Shown here piece by piece: positions 60,646-64,000 of a DNA stretch of 64,000 nt. Location: contig NC_086097.1 in assembly GCF_963921235.1 (NCBI RefSeq), forward strand, positions 120,034,001 through 120,098,000, in the 5' to 3' direction. This stretch comes from Mobula hypostoma. Its lineage: Eukaryota. The notes under the pieces were generated by a model. The model searched no databases. It saw nothing but the letters and a program-made list of their open reading frames with translations, and was not told the DNA's origin. Position numbers and translations under genes: made by a program. Each line of letters begins with the position of its first letter. Positions within the stretch are counted from its first letter, which is position 1.

Positions 60646-62321
60646 CCTTAATGCTGATTAACATCTGTAAAATGGTGCAGATGGGTTTCTAGACCAAACT
60701 CCTTGTAGATTTGATAACAAACCTGCCATCGACAGGTTTCTGAGTCTGCTGATGTTCAACCTTGCGTTAAAAGAAGAACAGGCTTTAGATCACACACCAG
60801 GAGGCAGAGTGACTAATCATCGTTTGTGATTCAGTGGATGCATTCTTGACTCAGAAAGTTGTCCCAGGTAATAGAAGGGAATGCTGCTGCAGCAGAGAGC
60901 TATTACTGCATGCTGGGGTTTGCTGACAGGATCATTGGGCTTGCAGGCACGGCTTCGCTTTGAATGTCAGTGAGTTCACATTTTGGGTATGAATCACGTT
61001 TGCAAACTGAGTTGCACCATACCACCTGCAGAGGAAGCAGGTGGTGACATCTACCCTCATTTAGTGCTAATTTGACGTATGTCTTCTAACAAGTAAACAG
61101 CACTGACCCAGCTAAAGGATTGTGTAACCATGTACAGAAAGCCTGGTCCTTACAGCAGGTAATGCACCTTCACTTGTGTTATTTAAAGAGACTCCCAAAT
61201 ACAAACAAATTCTCTTTGGTTTGACTAAGTTTTTTTTTAATTACTTCAAAACAAAGAGTGAAATGGATCATCTGCATTAACAACCAACACAAGTTAAGCA
61301 ATACACACAAAATGCTGGAGGAAGTCAGCATCTACGGAAAGCAATAAAGAGGAGACATTTTGGGACGAGACCTTTTATTAGGACTGGGATGAGTTTGGAG
61401 GAGCCTGCAAGTGTTTCCACACATGATAGCACCCACAATGCTTGGCAGTACGATATACAACATAAGAAATCAGAGCATAATAAGTAACAAAACAACAGCA
61501 GCAGAAGAAGCCCCATTCCCCCCTTCTACCCAGCCATGCACACTGCCAGTCCTCCAGCACCAGGACAGGCTATCTCTGGCCTCCAGCGGATTCATGGATT
61601 CACAGACATTTGGCTTTCAACTTCCTAGTGGACTCACAGACACAGGATTCTGGCCGTCTGACCGCAACTTCTGAACTTCCAATCGATCTTCAGGCTTTAG
61701 TATTAGGTACCTACTCCAAGACTCACCGAATATGATGAATAAGGACCCTGATGATGAAGATTGAAGGTTCTAAGTTGTTTATTGTCATTCATCAAGACAT
61801 GAGTGTAAAGGAGAGTGAAATGATTGTTACTCTGGATCTGATGCAGCATAAAAAAAACAATAAGCGTAAAGAACACAATAAATATAAACACAACAGATTA
61901 ACTTATACATGGACAGACGAAGGCTACAGGAGTAAACCTAGACAGCAAATCCGGAGTGGAACCCCTGAGGCTGAGAGGGGGACCTTGCTGACTGGGCACC
62001 TCAGGATCTCCATACTTTCCGCCCAGGCTTGTGATGATGATCATCACCCATTGTCCTTTGAGACCGACTGGATGTACATAAAGTGACCCTAGATACAGGA
62101 GTATCTGTATATAAAGTAATTCTGACAGGAAATGATAACGTATTGGTGTGAGGGGTGTGCTGAGGTGGAAGTGTTGATCAGCCTGATGGCTTGGGGGAAG
62201 TAACACAAACAATAAGAATAAAGAAAACAATTTAAAAAAGCATGAAATGACAACAAATCAATATAAAAGCAATCCTATAAAACACACTGTACAAACAATT
62301 GTTAATACATAGACTGTTTAT

Positions 62322-63010
62322 TTTGAATTCAATTGACTTTATTTCTTATGTCCTTCACATACATCAGGAGTAAAAATCTTTACGTTATGTCTCCATCTAA
62401 ATGTGCAATTGAAATTATAGTAATTTATAATAAATAGAACAGTCAATGTAATATAGAGTACATTCAAGTCAGCGTGATTTCATCAGTCTGATGGCCTGGT
62501 GGAAGAAGCTGTCCCGGAGCCTGTTGGTCCTGGCCCTCATGCTGCGGTACCATTTCCCGGATGGTAGCAGCTGGAATAAGTTGTGGTTGGGATGGCTTTG
62601 GTCCTCAATGATCTTACGGGCCCTTTTTACACACCTGTCTTTATGAATGTCCTGAATCATGGAAAGTTCACAACTACAGTAGCTGTAGCTGGGCTGTCCA
62701 CACCACTCTCTGCAGAGTCCTGTGATTAAGAAGAGTACAGTTCCATACTAGGCAGTGATGCAGCCAGTCGGGATGCTCTCAACCGTGCCGCTGTAGAAAG
62801 TTCTTAGGATTTGGGGGCTCATACCAAACTTCCTCAAATGTCTGAGGTGAAAGAGGCGCTGTTGTGGACAGACCATGTGAGGTCCTCGGTGATGTGGACA
62901 CCAGGGAACTTGAAGCTGTTTACCCTCTCAACCCCAGATCCATTGATGTCAATAGGGGTTAGCCTGTCTCCATTCCTCCTGTAATCCACAACCAGCTCCT
63001 TTGTTTTTGC
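62322..63010 (-). mobile_element. Rex1/Babar LINE 3' part
   Basis: ORFs 62834..63019 (KTKELVVDYRR..FKFPGVHITEDLTWS) and 62469..62660. Confidence 0.88.
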
Positions 63011-63303
63011 ATATGACAAATAAAGCTAATTTTGATGTTTAATCTTTTTCTTTTCTTTGCCCCCAGATCATTCCAGACAAATGCAGCAAGCATCAGTCAC
63101 AGTTCCCAATTTGTAGCCAAGCATGATGAAGGTGATATATGTTTTCTTCTCAAAATTTGGAAGGTTCTTCTCCTCTGTTTGGTTTGGATTTCAAGCAGAG
63201 AATGAATCATGGTATAGAAATTCTGCAGAATCTCCCTCAACACTTGAATGCGCTGTGACTATTGACAAGAAATTAAAAAGGTCATTTCACTGATTTAACT
63301 TTA

Positions 63304-64000
63304 CAGGTGTCCCCCGCTTTTCTAACGTTTGCTTTACGAAACCTCACTGTTGCGAAAGACCTACATTTGTACCCTGTTTTCGCTAACAGAAGGTGTTTTC
63401 ACTGTTGCGAAAAAAAAGCAGCGCGCGGGGAAAATCAGCGCGCGATAAAAGGCAGCACGCGCCCCAAGCAGCCGCTCCCCCCCCCCCCCCCCGGATTCGG
63501 AACGGGTCTCACCGTCATTGCTGAAACACGTGCCTGTGAGCAGTCGTTAACAAGATGAGTTCTGAGGTATCGGAAAAGCCTAAAAGAGCTCGTAAGGGTG
63601 TTACACTTAGTGTAAAACTAGACATAATTAAGCGTTTCGATCATGGTGAACGAAGTAAGGACTAAGTGAGTTTGGCTTGTGGAAGTTGACGAAGATGATG
63701 TTGAAGAGGTTTTGGCATCCCATGACCAAACATTGATAGATGAAGAGCTGATGCAATTGGAAGAGGAGAGGATAACAATCGAAACCGAATGCAGTGGCGA
63801 ACGGACCAAAGGTGACTGTGTGAGATTTTCGCTGCAATGATAAGGTACGGCTTTAATTTTGAAAGGGTACATAGGTTTAGGGGATATTTACAGGATGGTT
63901 TGAGTCCTTATAAAGAACTGTATGATAGAAAAATGCTCGAGGCTCAGCAGTCAAGCAAGCCTTCCGCATCAGCCACAGCAGACGACGAACCTCGACCTTC
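63304..64000 (+). mobile_element. Second Tigger/pogo-like non-autonomous copy (runs off the window)
   Basis: ta|caggtgtcccccgc start; reverse complement of about 53785-54462. Confidence 0.9.

Overview
This is eukaryotic, repeat-saturated intergenic or intronic DNA, not prokaryotic. The repeat mix (CR1 LINEs, Rex1/Babar LINEs, HE1/V-type SINEs, Penelope-like elements) suggests a cartilaginous fish; that is an inference from repeat types. I could not confidently identify any host protein-coding gene, and nearly all long ORFs are transposon remnants. Main contents: two near-full-length CR1 LINEs (36903-41757 on -, 43885-47615 on +), many truncated CR1 and Rex1 copies that are often nested, two decayed Gypsy LTR elements (one probably Gmr1-like with both LTRs and a tRNA-Pro PBS, one sushi-like), Tc1, Tigger/pogo and hAT-Charlie relics, and SINEs. 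The most interesting signal is at RNA level. The Penelope-like terminal repeats carry a minimal hammerhead ribozyme motif, intact at 25165-25202 on the - strand and decayed in about 8 other copies. A set of short non-coding fold-back derivatives of that terminus is also present, and three of them have 13-bp target-site duplications. A pseudoknot-like motif lies in an RTE-type 5' region (24396-24522). Family names are by-eye recognition without database searches, and boundaries of old elements are approximate.
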